Of a DNA stretch of 59,547 nucleotides, positions 25,491-38,475 are shown one piece after another (position 1 is the stretch's first letter; each line of letters starts with the position of its first letter). Origin of the DNA: Octopus bimaculoides (Eukaryota); the NCBI RefSeq assembly GCF_001194135.2, contig NC_068990.1, forward strand, positions 55,919,144 through 55,978,690. The letters are read 5' to 3'. The translations under genes and the position numbers were made by a program. Below the pieces are notes generated by a model. That model saw only the letters and a list, made by a program, of their open reading frames with translations, did no database searches and was not told the origin of the DNA.

Positions 25491-27549
25491 ACATAAATCT
25501 CTCTCTCTCTCTCTATTTATCTATCTAAGTATAAGCGTATGTAAATATATATGCATATGTATGTGTGTCCGTATAAATAAATCAATACGTGCACTTGTGA
25601 ATACATCCATGTGAGTGTTTGGGCGTGTGCCCACACGCATATATGTAAGTATGTATGCATGTATAGGTTTCTAAATACAAACATGTGTGTGTGTGTGTGT
25701 GTATTGTTTATATTTGTCTACATAGCAGAAAGCTATATTTATCTGTGTGAGCAAACAAAGTCACAGTGGTCATTCAATAAGACATTAATATTATAGTCAG
25801 CACTATTGCTTTCAACAATGTCTACCAACACATTGCCTGACTCGAATAAAGCAAACTGCACATACACATTCGCTTACATAAGTGCATATATCTCTAACAT
25901 ACAAGCAAGCACATACGTCCAAACAGGCACGTACACAACTGCGCATGCGAACGAATATGTAAACACACAGGACGAATGAATAAGAACAGTTTTCATTCAA
26001 ATTGCAGTCATGTTTCTTGTATACAGGGGCGCAGGCTTGAGCGTGTAGTTAAGAAGTACGACTTGCTGGAAAGAGCAACCAGATCTTCCTCAAATCAAGC
26101 ACAACACTCTTTAAAAAGAAATTATTGTATAATCCTAGATACATTAGATAGAGCATATTTGAAAGTGAAGAAACGCAATGTGTGTGTGTGTGTGTGTACT
26201 ATACATATANNNNNNNNNNNNNNNNNNNNNNNNNNNNNNNNNNNNNNNNNNNNNNNNNNNNNNNNNNNNNNNNNNNNNNNNNNNNNNNNNNNNNNNNNNN
26301 NNNNNNNNNNNNNNNNNNNNNNNNNNNNNNNNNNNNNNNNNNNNNNNNNNNNNNNNNNNNNNNNNNNNNNNNNNNNNNNNNNNNNNNNNNNNNNNNNNNN
26401 NNNNNNNNNNNNNNNNNNNNNNNNNNNNNNNNNNNNNNNNNNNNNNNNNNNNNNNNNNNNNNNNNNNNNNNNNNNNNNNNNNNNNNNNNNNNNNNNNNNN
26501 NNNNNNNNNNNNNNNNNNNNNNNNNNNNNNNNNNNNNNNNNNNNNNNNNNNNNNNNNNNNNNNNNNNNNNNNNNNNNNNNNNNNNNNNNNNNNNNNNNNN
26601 NNNNNNNNNNNNNNNNNNNNNNNNNNNNNNNNNNNNNNNNNNNNNNNNNNNNNNNNNNNNNNNNNNNNNNNNNNNNNNNNNNNNNNNNNNNNNNNNNNNN
26701 NNNNNNNNNNNNNNNNNNNNNNNNNNNNNNNNNNNNNNNNNNNNNNNNNNNNNNNNNNNNNNNNNNNNNNNNNNNNNNNNNNNNNNNNNNNNNNNNNNNN
26801 NNNNNNNNNNNNNNNNNNNNNNNNNNNNNNNNNNNNNNNNNNNNNNNNNNNNNNNNNNNNNNNNNNNNNNNNNNNNNNNNNNNNNNNNNNNNNNNNNNNN
26901 NNNNNNNNNNNNNNNNNNNNNNNNNNNNNNNNNNNNNNNNNNNNNNNNNNNNNNNNNNNNNNNNNNNNNNNNNNNNNNNNNNNNNNNNNNNNNNNNNNNN
27001 NNNNNNNNNNNNNNNNNNNNNNNNNNNNNNNNNNNNNNNNNNNNNNNNNNNNNNNNNNNNNNNNNNNNNNNNNNNNNNNNNNNNNNNNNNNNNNNNNNNN
27101 NNNNNNNNNNNNNNNAAAAAAAAAAAAAAAAAAAATAATAATAAATAAACAACACAAAGCTCACAAAAAAAAAAGAAAAGAAAAAAAAACATTTCGAAAT
27201 ACAGATTCTTTCTTAAAGTGTTGCTGCAGTATTTCTTGGACGATTGCAGCTAAAGAGAAAGTGAAATTATATCTAATGGAATTATACACGTCAGTCATTT
27301 TATAGATAAATTCTGTCTTGGAAAAATGTCTTCCGAAAAGTTGTCTATAAAAAAAAAATTAATAAATGCAAGAGCAAAAATAAAATAAGAAATAAACAAA
27401 AAACTTCTTTTTCCAGTGATATATAATCGGTGTTCATATCTCTTTGAGAAATATGCCAATCACACCATTTTCTAGCTGTATCAGCCGAGAACAACTATTC
27501 GTTTATAATAAAAATATAACGCAATATTTATTAACTGAAATGCCATTAC

Positions 27550-27688
27550 CTGTAGCGTCGTAGCAGCCAGCGATTTTTGGTAAGAATAATAAAAATTTGG
27601 CAATTGACTGAAGAATTTTAGCTGAAATCGAAGTAACGTTAGGGATTATGTCAAAGTGACACCACTGCATAACAGATGGTAAATATTG
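27550..27688 (-). CDS. Candidate 139-nt internal coding exon, unknown protein
   Basis: Acceptor TGTCTTTTTATTCCTCAG, donor AG|GTAATG. Only one frame is open: QYLPSVMQWCHFDIIPNVTSISAKILQSIAKFLLFLPKIAGCYDAT(G). No homolog recognised. Confidence 0.35.
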
Positions 27689-28448
27689 CTGAGGAATAAA
27701 AAGACACGCGGAGAATTAAGGCTCTGATGCCAGTGTTTATAGGAACCTTTACTTGCAGACAAGTTCGATAAAATCTGAACGGATTTCTGATTGTTTTGTT
27801 TATAGAGAAACAGACGTACATTATTTATTTACATGGTTGTATATTTTTATGACCATTTTATCTCTGATATAATATTTCTTCATACGGAAACTTATACGTT
27901 TAAAAAAAAAAAAGAGAACTTTTCCTCTTTGCACATTCGAGTTTGTCTTTCTGTATGTCTCATTAAAGAACATTTACAAGATGGTGCTTTCCATATATAG
28001 CTGCTCACTCGATAAAATAAGATTACGTTGCTTGCTGTATCAACAGCCAAAGTTAGTGTTCCACTCAGGATGATGTAGTCAGCAGGAAGCTAAATATTTT
28101 CATCTTGTTGGGATTCCATAGATTTTATGTTCGCTTTCTCAATCAAATCAAATAAGAATGAAAACAGTTAAAATCATAGAGAAAATCTCGTGGAAATTTC
28201 TTGCATTTACGATTATGGTTGGAAAAAGATTTTTTCATGCATTCATTCTTTCGTTTCTCAGAATTGTCATTTTCTCTATATCCGGTTATACGCTAGAGGA
28301 AATGATCCCCCCCGGTGACAGTCCACTCAGAACTGCATCTTTCCAACACCACACTAACCAATGTTATTCGGCATTCATTTTTGCTCTATATTTTACTATA
28401 AGTTTATTGCTCAAGTTAATGCTGTTATCATTGTGATTTCCATTGTTG

Positions 28449-28451
<3 letters not shown>

Positions 28452-28523
<72 letters not shown>

Positions 28524-28538
28524 CATTATTATTATTAT
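28452..28538. repeat. (ATT)n microsatellite
   Basis: Direct reading. Confidence 0.95.
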
Positions 28539-28929
28539 TTTGGAATTTTTGTCTCACGTGTTTTGTCGGGAAAACTTTTCAGTTCTAAGGTAAAAAAAAA
28601 AATATTTTAGATGAGAAAGATAGCTGGTTCAAACTTTAATAATTCATAGACTCCCTTTAGAAAGAACAGAAGTACGCTATTCATAAAATACTTCAACCCA
28701 TTTTCTCGTTTACGAAAGTAGTGTGAAGTCACTGTGCTGAATCTAAGATACACTTAGTCATTAATATTTTTTATCGTTTGGAAATCCGCTGGTGTCACTG
28801 CTTTGTATTTCTTCGTTCATAAATACTTGTGACAGGCGAAAGTCCACTTATATATCCCTTCCTAAAAAACACACACCATGTACACGTATAAAACAATGAA
28901 CAAAACCTTATTTTCCTCTTCTAATTTGC

Positions 28930-29139
28930 TTTCTACAACAGGCGCAAAACATTAAATTTGGGGGAGAGCGTTTACCGAATACATCGCCCCCAATGCTCAA
29001 AACTGATACTTATTCTATCGACCGCAAAAGAATGAAATGCAAAGTCGGCCTCGGCGAAATTTGAACTCAACGTAAAACGAGAAGAAATGCCGGTAAGCAT
29101 TTTGTCCGACGCACTAACGTTCTACCAGCTTATCGTCTT
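28930..29139 (-). mobile_element. SINE family A, full length, diverged
   Basis: ATCGACCGCAAAAGAATGAAATGCAAAGTCGGCCTCGGCGAAATTTGAACTCA...AAGCATTTTGTCCGACGCACTAACG. Confidence 0.8.
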
Positions 29140-29159
29140 CTTTACTTCCAGTAATTTTA

Positions 29160-29385
29160 CCCTTTAGCATTCACATTGCTCTGCCAAATGTGCTTGTTTA
29201 TTTACATTGTTTTGAATTCATCTTGCATTATCTCATAGATTCAAGTTTTCGATGATGTGGTTTTTTTAAAACTTTTAAAATGACATTATGGAATACATGT
29301 GAGAGACTGCATCTGGCTGGTTTGAACATTAAATGGGTAGATATTTCTTTTGGCCAGATTTTGGCTGGGTTTATATGCTAAAGGA
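29160..29385. mobile_element. piggyBac-type MITE
   Basis: Termini CCCTTTAGCAT ... ATGCTAAAGGA, flanked by TTTA (left) and TTAA (right). Confidence 0.6.
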
Positions 29386-30020
29386 TTAATGAATGGAGTC
29401 AATTGTTTGAACGTTCGTTATCTGAAGTATCCCACTATGTGTATTTTGCTTCATAAAACTATGGCAGATGGTGAAGTGGTTCTTATAGCGTTGAGGTGCA
29501 AGTGAAATACTACAACAAAAATTTAAAACTAAGACTGTAGACTCGGTTCATTGAGAACACATCAACGGCTCAATCATTATATATACGCCTAGCAAAGATT
29601 ACAAGAATGTTGTTAATTTTATCTAAATTACTCCTCAATGAGATTTAAAAACAAGAAAAATATCAAAAGTGGAAAAATTAAAAAAATCAGAACAATATCC
29701 ATAATTGCTTGTTAATGGTTAAGATAATGCCAATCTCTTATTGAGCAGATATAACGTCAAAGATATTTCAGACATGACCAGTGTCTTCTCATTCTTAGCA
29801 TTCAGTTCCATAGAGTGTGATTTCAGAGAAAATTTATTGTTCTTTTCAGCTGATCTAGCAATCAGGTAGAGACTTCCTTGAGTTTTGATATGCATCAAGA
29901 TACAGTTGGGGGTTTGGAAATGTTTCTACGACAGAATACTGCTCGGACACAGTTATTCTGAGCGTTTCAAGGCTTGTAGGTGATGATAATGTGAACGGTA
30001 ATTCAGATGCTCAGACATAA

Positions 30021-30166
30021 GACTGCTGCCATGCTGGAGCACCGATTTGCAGAAATTTAGTTTAAAGAATCGACCCTAGTACTTATTATTCTATTAGTCT
30101 CTTAAGCCGAAGGGAGGGCTAAGTTACGGAGATGTAAACGCACAAACACCGGTTGTCAAGCGGTGG
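30021..30166 (-). mobile_element. SINE family B 3' half ending at (TA)n plus gap
   Basis: GACTGCTGCCATGCTGGAGCACCG...GAATCGACCCTAGTACTT...GCTAAGTTACGG...CCGGTTGTCAAGCGGTGG. Confidence 0.8.
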
Positions 30167-31087
30167 AATATATATATATATANNNNNNNNNNNNNNNNNN
30201 NNNNNNNNNNNNNNNNNNNNNNNNNNNNNNNNNNNNNNNNNNNNNNNNNNNNNNNNNNNNNNNNNNNNNNNNNNNNNNNNNNNNNNNNNNNNNNNNNNNN
30301 NNNNNNNNNNNNNNNNNNNNNNNNNNNNNNNNNNNNNNNNNNNNNNNNNNNNNNNNNNNNNNNNNNNNNNNNNNNNNNNNNNNNNNNNNNNNNNNNNNNN
30401 NNNNNNNNNNNNNNNNNNNNNNNNNNNNNNNNNNNNNNNNNNNNNNNNNNNNNNNNNNNNNNNNNNNNNNNNNNNNNNNNNNNNNNNNNNNNNNNNNNNN
30501 NNNNNNNNNNNNNNNNNNNNNNNNNNNNNNNNNNNNNNNNNNNNNNNNNNNNNNNNNNNNNNNNNNNNNNNNNNNNNNNNNNNNNNNNNNNNNNNNNNNN
30601 NNNNNNNNNNNNNNNNNNNNNNNNNNNNNNNNNNNNNNNNNNNNNNNNNNNNNNNNNNNNNNNNNNNNNNNNNNNNNNNNNNNNNNNNNNNNNNNNNNNN
30701 NNNNNNNNNNNNNNNNNNNNNNNNNNNNNNNNNNNNNNNNNNNNNNNNNNNNNNNNNNNNNNNNNNNNNNNNNNNNNNNNNNNNNNNNNNNNNNNNNNNN
30801 NNNNNNNNNNNNNNNNNNNNNNNNNNNNNNNNNNNNNNNNNNNNNNNNNNNNNNNNNNNNNNNNNNNNNNNNNNNNNNNNNNNNNNNNNNNNNNNNNNNN
30901 NNNNNNNNNNNNNNNNNNNNNNNNNNNNNNNNNNNNNNNNNNNNNNNNNNNNNNNNNNNNNNNNNNNNNNNNNNNNNNNNNNNNNNNNNNNNNNNNNNNN
31001 NNNNNNNNNNNNNNNNNNNNNNNNNNNNNNNNNNNNNNNNNNNNNNNNNNNNNNNNNNNNNNNNNNNNNNNNNNNNNNNNNNNNNNN

Positions 31088-31122
<35 letters not shown>

Positions 31123-31499
31123 CATACATTACATACTTACATACATGCATACATACATACATACATACATGCATGCATACACACACACATATAGGGAGAA
31201 AATAGAGAAAGAGAAAGAAGTAGAGAGAGGGAAAATACTATGTAATATATCCTTACAGCATTAATTACAACCCTGGTACTAGTCCGGATAGTAATTAATA
31301 TTGACCACAATCTTCCAGGTTACCTTCATCACATAACAACAGTCTCTCTAATTTCCACTAAGCTAGAATACCGTTTCGACTTTACAAATCAATTATTTTC
31401 ATCGATCTTATCAAACACAGGTTCAGTTTTTATCTCGGATCAGATGATTAAATGCAGCTGTCTTGATTGATCTGAGTTTAAGAAGGAGATATTGGGTAA

Positions 31500-31576
<77 letters not shown>

Positions 31577-32091
31577 GGGAAAGAGAGAGAAAGGAAAGAA
31601 GAGAAAGAGAAGAGAGGAGAAGAGAAGGGTAAACAGAAGTGAATATACATATGAAGATAGAGAGATAGCTGGATATAGAAAGAGATAAGACTGAGTGTAA
31701 ATATATAGAGGTGAGTCATTAGATGACCTTAGGTAAGATTTCCCCTAAGAGATAACATTTTATGACATTACTACGGTGTATATGGACCTTTTTAAGGCTT
31801 GATGAAGGACTTAGAATCATACGTCACGAGTGTTGACATGATATGTATGGATACAGCCGAGGAATTTATTTCAAATGAAGGTCGTTCTTAGAAAAGACAA
31901 AAGACGGATCTATCTTCTGAACATTGGACATAAATTAATCGGGATCATCTATCAAGTCGGTACGGAACTTCATTGCTTCTCTATCATATATATCTCTAGG
32001 GATAACTTTCACAGAACTATGTTGGTATGCGGAAATTGATATATGAGCATATGTAGTTATGTAATACATGAGATTTATAAATGATATGACG

Positions 32092-32146
<55 letters not shown>

Positions 32147-32162
32147 TAATAGCACCACCACC

Positions 32163-32194
<32 letters not shown>

Positions 32195-32252
32195 CACAAC
32201 AACAACAACACAACAACAACAACACAACAACAACAACGATTACTATTACTAT

Positions 32253-32286
<34 letters not shown>

Positions 32287-32390
32287 TCTGCTTCTGCTGC
32301 TGCTGCTACTACTACTGCTACTGCCACTGCTTCTGCTGCTGTTATTGTTGTTGTCGTTATTGTTATTATTATTATTATTATTGTTATTTA
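32092..32390. repeat. Compound trinucleotide array (ATA, CCA, ACA, ATT/ACT, GCT, GTT, ATT)
   Basis: Direct reading; produces the poly-I/P/T/Q/N/A ORF in the track. Confidence 0.9.
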
Positions 32391-32730
32391 TTTTATTAGC
32401 CCCGGGCGAATAGTAGATGGGGAGGTTACAGGGATAGACAACAATTTGTATGGAAATTTACATTAAAGGTGGGAAGAAAGAAATGGAAAGGACAGTGAAA
32501 TGGGATAAGAATATACAAAACGATATACAAAGCGATACAGGACAAACTCCAGCCAGGGCCAATCAAGGAACGTCACAAATCAAGGATTAACCTGACTACC
32601 AAAGGTAGGGGCCCTCTCTCTCTCCTGCTCTCCAATCGACAGGCGCATATTTAGAGTCGGGCCATTCCCTCTAAGCAATTTTGCCACTTGCTGCAGGGAT
32701 AGCTAATAAAAGGGGACATTACAAAAAAGT
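32391..32730 (-). mobile_element. Possible 3' end/3'UTR of a non-LTR retrotransposon
   Basis: Minus strand: short NGPTLNMRL coding end, pyrimidine-rich UTR, then CTAATAAAATAAATAAC(AAT)n tail running into the triplet array. Confidence 0.35.
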
Positions 32731-33623
32731 TTACATTTTGTGTGAAGGCTTACATAAAAAGAAGGCAACAGAGTGAGGGAGAGAGAGAGAGAGAGGGGAG
32801 GGAGGGAGAGAGATAGGGAAAGATAGAGAGAAGACGGGGTTAATATGAGGTATGATATGTGACACTTCGTATGGAGAGAGGAGAATAAACGTGGGATACT
32901 CAGGGATTAGCATTAGCACAAGAGGTGCAGGACAAATGCTCATAGTAGGCATGTTGACAGGCAATGAGTGAACGAACTTTGTCACCACATACTGTGGGAG
33001 AAAAAAAATCATGAAGAGAGGGCGGCAAGAGGACGAGTAGGAGGAGGTAGCGGAGGAAAGGGAGGAGGAGGAAAGGGAGGAGGAGGAAAGGGAGGGAGGG
33101 AGTAAATAAGGGAATAGTTATGAGAAGAGTTGCAAATGAAACAAAATAAAAAACGTATTTTACTTCATTTATTTTGATATATAATTATTGCATGTATGCG
33201 ATATTATGCGATAGTATGCAATATAATTATTGCATGAATGCGATATCAAGTATTACTCAGGCATTCAAAAGTATACTTTCAAAGTTACAGGACAAGTGGT
33301 GGATAACACCCATGCATGTATTTCTGTGTTTGTGTGTGTGTGTGTGTGTATGTGTGTATACATATATACATGCCTTAAATTTATTACATATATTTGTGTT
33401 TATATATTATATTACATATATGCATTATTATACATATCATACATAAGTACAATAAACATATGTACATAAAGAAGAACATTTCATATATATATATATATGT
33501 GTGTATGTGTGTGTGTGAGTGAGTGCGTGCACGCGTGCATTTGTGTATGTACGAATTTGCGTATATATATATATGTGTGTGTGTGTAACTATACGGAGAT
33601 ATTTACTTCTATACATATATATG

Positions 33624-33654
<31 letters not shown>

Positions 33655-33758
33655 NNNNNNNNNNNNNNNNNNNNNNNNNNNNNNNNNNNNNNNNNNNNNN
33701 NNNNNNNNNNNNNNNNNNNNNNNNNNGTATATATATGTATCAGTATCTCTACCTACCC

Positions 33759-34200
33759 AAGGCGGTGAGCTGGCAGAATCATTAACACGCTGGGCAAAAT
33801 GCTTAGCGGTATTTTGTCTGTCTTTATGTTCTGAGTTCAAATTCCTCCGAGGTCGACTTTACTTTTCATCCTTTCGGAGTCGATAAATTACGTACCAGTT
33901 GCGCACTGAGATCGATCAAACCGTCTCATACCTTCCCTAAAAATTTCGGGCCTTGTGCCTAAAGTGGAAAAGAATGTCTCTACCGAACCAAGGCGGCGAG
34001 CTGGCAGAAACGTTAGCACGCCGGGCGAAATGCTTAGCGGTATTTAGGTTCTGAGTTCAAATTCCACCGAGGTCGACTTTGCTTTTCATCCCTTTCGGGA
34101 TCGATAAATTAAGTACCAGTTGCGTACTGGCGTCGATCTAATCGACTGGCCCCTCCCCCAAAATTTCGGGCCTTGAGCCTAGAGTAGAAAACGAAAGAAT
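33759..34200 (+). mobile_element. Head-to-tail dimer of family A SINEs (33759-33975, 33990-34200)
   Basis: Two complete copies; the flanking motif occurs three times: ATCTCTACCTACC (33745), GTCTCTACCGAACC (33976), ATCTCTACCTACC (34201). Confidence 0.9.
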
Positions 34201-34685
34201 ATCTCTACCTACCTATCTACTTTACATGCCTACCTGCATCCATGCATATCTACCTACTTACCTACCTACCTACCAACTATTTATCTCTTTATCTATCTAT
34301 CTATCTACATAGAAACACACACATACACACACAAGCCTATATACAGAGAGAGAGAGGGGGGGAGAGAAAGATGCATAAAAATACATCACATATATAAATC
34401 ACATAAATATGTATATCTACACATACGTAGGTATATATCAATATATTCGTATATATATATATTTATATGCATATATACCTACATATATATGTGTGCGTGT
34501 TTATGTATATATATATTCATACATAGATATGTATATATATATATGTATATATTCGTATATGTACATGTATGTCTGTATGTATGTGTGTGTGTATATATAT
34601 ATGTGTGTCTGTTTAGCTAAATATATATATACAAATAGATATATATTTATATAAAGTTATTAATTTGCACATATCTATGCATATC

Positions 34686-34796
<111 letters not shown>

Positions 34797-35106
34797 CGTA
34801 CGTACATGAAAACTATACCAAGTTTCCTTAGATGCATAGTTGTATATACACTTATGTATATCCATAAACAAACGACACATACACACATATATACAAACAT
34901 TTATGTACAAATATAGATATTTTTAATGATACACATACATAAATGAACAAATCTATGCACACAAATTTATAATTATATAACTATGCATACAGAAATAAAC
35001 ATGCGCGCGTGTGCAATATATGTGTGTGTATGTAAATAAGTGTGTGTATGTATAAACGTAAATACAATGAACGTATGCGTGTACGTACGCAGACACAAAC
35101 ACACAC

Positions 35107-35160
<54 letters not shown>

Positions 35161-35261
35161 TCTATTCTATTCTATTCTTTATGTAATGTGTCCTCTTTTG
35201 AAAAAAAAAAAAAGTCTTCATCTTTTTTATTTCGTGAGGGATAATTTATCTAATCTTCCAC

Positions 35262-36088
35262 AGCACACATGTTTCCGTCATTAAACTGCGGTAATACTGG
35301 AGGACTGCATTGAAGAACTTTTAATCGAAAGAATCAACCCCAGTTCTTATTTTTTTAAAGCCTGGAACTTTTTTGTCGGTCGGTTTTGCCGTACCGCTAT
35401 ATTACGCGGACGTGAATACACTAACATCGGTTGTCAACCGGAGGAGGGGAACTGACACAGGTACAAAGACACACACATCCACTCAAGCCCCACCCCATAT
35501 ATATATATATANNNNNNNNNNNNNNNNNNNNNNNNNNNNNNNNNNNNNNNNNNNNNNNNNNNNNNNNNNNNNNNNNNNNNNNNNNNNNNNNNNNNNNNNN
35601 NNNNNNNNNNNNNNNNNNNNNNNNNNNNNNNNNNNNNNNNNNNNNNNNNNNNNNNNNNNNNNNNNNNNNNNNNNNNNNNNNNNNNNNNNNNNNNNNNNNN
35701 NNNNNNNNNNNNNNNNNNNNNNNNNNNNNNNNNNNNNNNNNNNNNNNNNNNNNNNNNNNNNNNNNNNNNNNNNNNNNNNNNNNNNNNNNNNNNNNNNNNN
35801 NNNNNNNNNNNNNNNNNNNNNNNNNNNNNNNNNNNNNNNNNNNNNNNNNNNNNNNNNNNNNNNNNNNNNNNNNNNNNNNNNNNNNNNNNNNNNNNNNNNN
35901 NNNNNNNNNNNNNNNNNTATAATTACGATTGGCTTCTTTCAGTTTCCGTCGACTAAATCTTTGTGATTGAATTTGGTCGGCCCGAAGCTATAATGAAAGA
36001 CATTTGTCCAATGTGCCACGCATTGGGACTCAACCTGGAACCATGTGGTGAGGAAAGAAACTTCTTACCATGCAGTCATGCCTGCGCT
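35262..36088 (-). mobile_element. SINE family B with assembly gap inside its internal microsatellite
   Basis: 3' half 35262-35500, (TA)n and gap 35512-35918, 5' half 35925-36088 (GGCTTCTTTCAGTTTCCGTC...CCATGTGG...CCTGCGC). Confidence 0.85.
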
Positions 36089-37593
36089 TTTATTCCAAGC
36101 ATTTCATCCAATGTTTTGTAAGCAAGGAGTATCAATAACAATTTGATTTTAGACTAGAGGACTATTATTTTTCTTAAGTATATTTGCTTGACTTCTCTAA
36201 AGATGAGAAAACTAATGAAACAAGGTAAAAATAAACAAATTACTCTAAAGTAAATGAATAATAAAAGCAACGAAAGAAACATCTGAAAGTCGTGCAAGTA
36301 GAGTTGAGATGAAATTCGAAAGAACAATGAAATGGTCCGTAATATGTTCTATTAGAAAATAATTAAATACTCAATACGTGGTTTTCGGTCATTATTTTAA
36401 AGATTTTCATCAACTTTGGACACAGAAGATGCAAAAATACTTCACAAATTTTAAGCGCCCTCCACGAACACAGAAAGTCGTACGCAGACATACATACACA
36501 CAGAAACAAATACACATTCACACGCGCGCGCGCGTGCCAGATATAAAATGATGTATGTGTGGGGGTGGGGAGAAAATTGAACGAACACAAAATACTTTTT
36601 TTATACTCTCTCAAACTAGCTATCTTTCTTTTACTCATAAGTTTTAACATTCGGAGAGAGAGAGAGAGAACAACAATAACAAGAACAACTATAACATAAC
36701 TTAAAATTGCCTTTGAAAATTCGTTTTTCTTCTAATTATATTGCAAAGTGTTTAGCTTAATTTCCGCTCGAAATCAAATCTGCAACTTCCGCAATTGCTT
36801 TTATTTCGTTTCTATTGTATTAAGATACAATTCCTCTTAAAACAGACAAAACACTTCGGAAATATCTCTAACGGTAGTAGGAAAGAAAAATTAAGAATTT
36901 TTTCTTCATCATCTACTTACTAGTAATGGCGTCCATTGGTCATTTTGCCTTTGCTGCTTACATCATATAGTAGGGGACGTATAAAGAATCAAGGGAGATA
37001 ACTTGATTCCGGTAATTATAGCTAACTCATTGAACGTTTTTTTTAATTTTTTCTTGTTTATTGTTTTGCTTTCTGATTTTCTCTAACAATTTCAGAAGAA
37101 TTTCTTATTTGTACCACGAAGTTAATTCAAATGAATCTTTATTATTATTTTATTATTACCTTTATTATTCTTTATTTAATCAGAATACACTGTAAAGTCT
37201 TCTTCTGGACTGTCCATAAAAAGAAAGGCAAAATTTCTTTACAAACATACATTACTATAATAATGGAATAATGTTGGACTAAAACCATTAATGATGACGT
37301 AATATTTAGAACCCAATATAAGCTAAAAACCTAACAAGTGTTCAAGTATTTGTAGTTACTTGTAGCTATTTCTCCACATCAACAGATCCCTCTAACAGCA
37401 GCATATCAAATTAGTCATCATGGCTACGAATTAAATAATGGATTACGAGAAAAGTGAAATGAAAATTTAAAATAACTCAAACCAGAATCGAACCCCTATT
37501 CTACAAGTTACAGACACGAACACACGTACATACATGTTTATGATTATAGTTTTAAAATATATTGAATATGCTAAACGAGAAAAAATTATTAAT

Positions 37594-37817
37594 TATTTCT
37601 TTATTGCCCACAAGGGGCTAAACACAGAGTGGACAGACAAGGGGATTATGTCGATTACATCGACCCCAGTGCGTAACTGGTACTTAATTCATCGACCCCG
37701 AAAGGATGAAATGCAAAGTTGACCTCGGCGGAATTTGAACTCAGAACGTAGCGGCAGACGAAATACCGCTAAACATTTCGCCCGAGCGTGCTAACAATTC
37801 TGCCAGCTCATCGTCTT
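37594..37817 (-). mobile_element. SINE family A variant with alternative 3' tail, 18-bp TSD
   Basis: TSD CGAGAAAAAATTATTAAT (37576-37593) / CGAGCAAAAATTATTAAT (37819-37836). Tail (minus strand) CCCCTTGTCTGTCCACTCTGTGTTTAGCCCCTTGTGGGCAATAAAG. Confidence 0.9.
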
Positions 37818-37966
37818 GCGAGCAAAAATTATTAATGCGCTGTGTAAGCACCTGTAAGCGAGAAGTGCATCTAACATAGACGTATTTATAAACGATGACC
37901 TGACCCGACCCCTAAACGCTCAATACTCAAACACATATTCATTTTATATTGTGTATATACACATGT

Positions 37967-38372
37967 AAGGATGAAGCGTAGCTGTGTGGTTAAGAAGCTC
38001 GGTTTTCAACCACGTGGTTTTGTGTTCAGTCCCACTGTATGGCATCTTGCGCAAGTGTCTTCCACTATAGTCTCTGGTCAACCACTGTCATGTGAGTGAA
38101 TTTGGTAGACGAAAAAATCTGTGCAGAAGCTCGTCATACACACACACACACACACACACGCACGTATGTGTGCATTTGTCACTCCTCCACCGCTTGAGAA
38201 CTGGTTTAGTTTTGTTTATGCCCCCGTAACATAACGGTCTGGAAAATTGACCATTAGAACAAGTACCGAACTTGAAAATATAAATACTGAGAGCGATTTG
38301 TTCGACTAAACTCTCTAAGATGTTGTTCCAGCATGGCAGCAGTCCAATGACCGAAACAGGTAAAAGATAAAA
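37967..38372 (+). mobile_element. SINE family B, full length with internal (CA)n
   Basis: GTAGCTGTGTGGTTAAGAAGC, TGTTCAGTCCCACTG, GCATCTTGCGCAAGTGTCTT, (CA)n at ~38137-38160, 3' CCAGCATGGCAGCAGTCCAATGACCGAAAC. Confidence 0.85.
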
Positions 38373-38475
38373 TCTATAGTTAGTCCGACCTCATGCAAAA
38401 ATATCCTATTAATAGTAATAAACTGATTTTGTGATGTTTTCTATTTTTATTTTGCATTCACTAAATACTAACGCG

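Noticed and set aside
32068-32466. 132-aa ORF with poly-I/P/T/Q/A tracts resembling a low-complexity transcription factor
   Set aside because: It is entirely a compound microsatellite with no domain or splice support.
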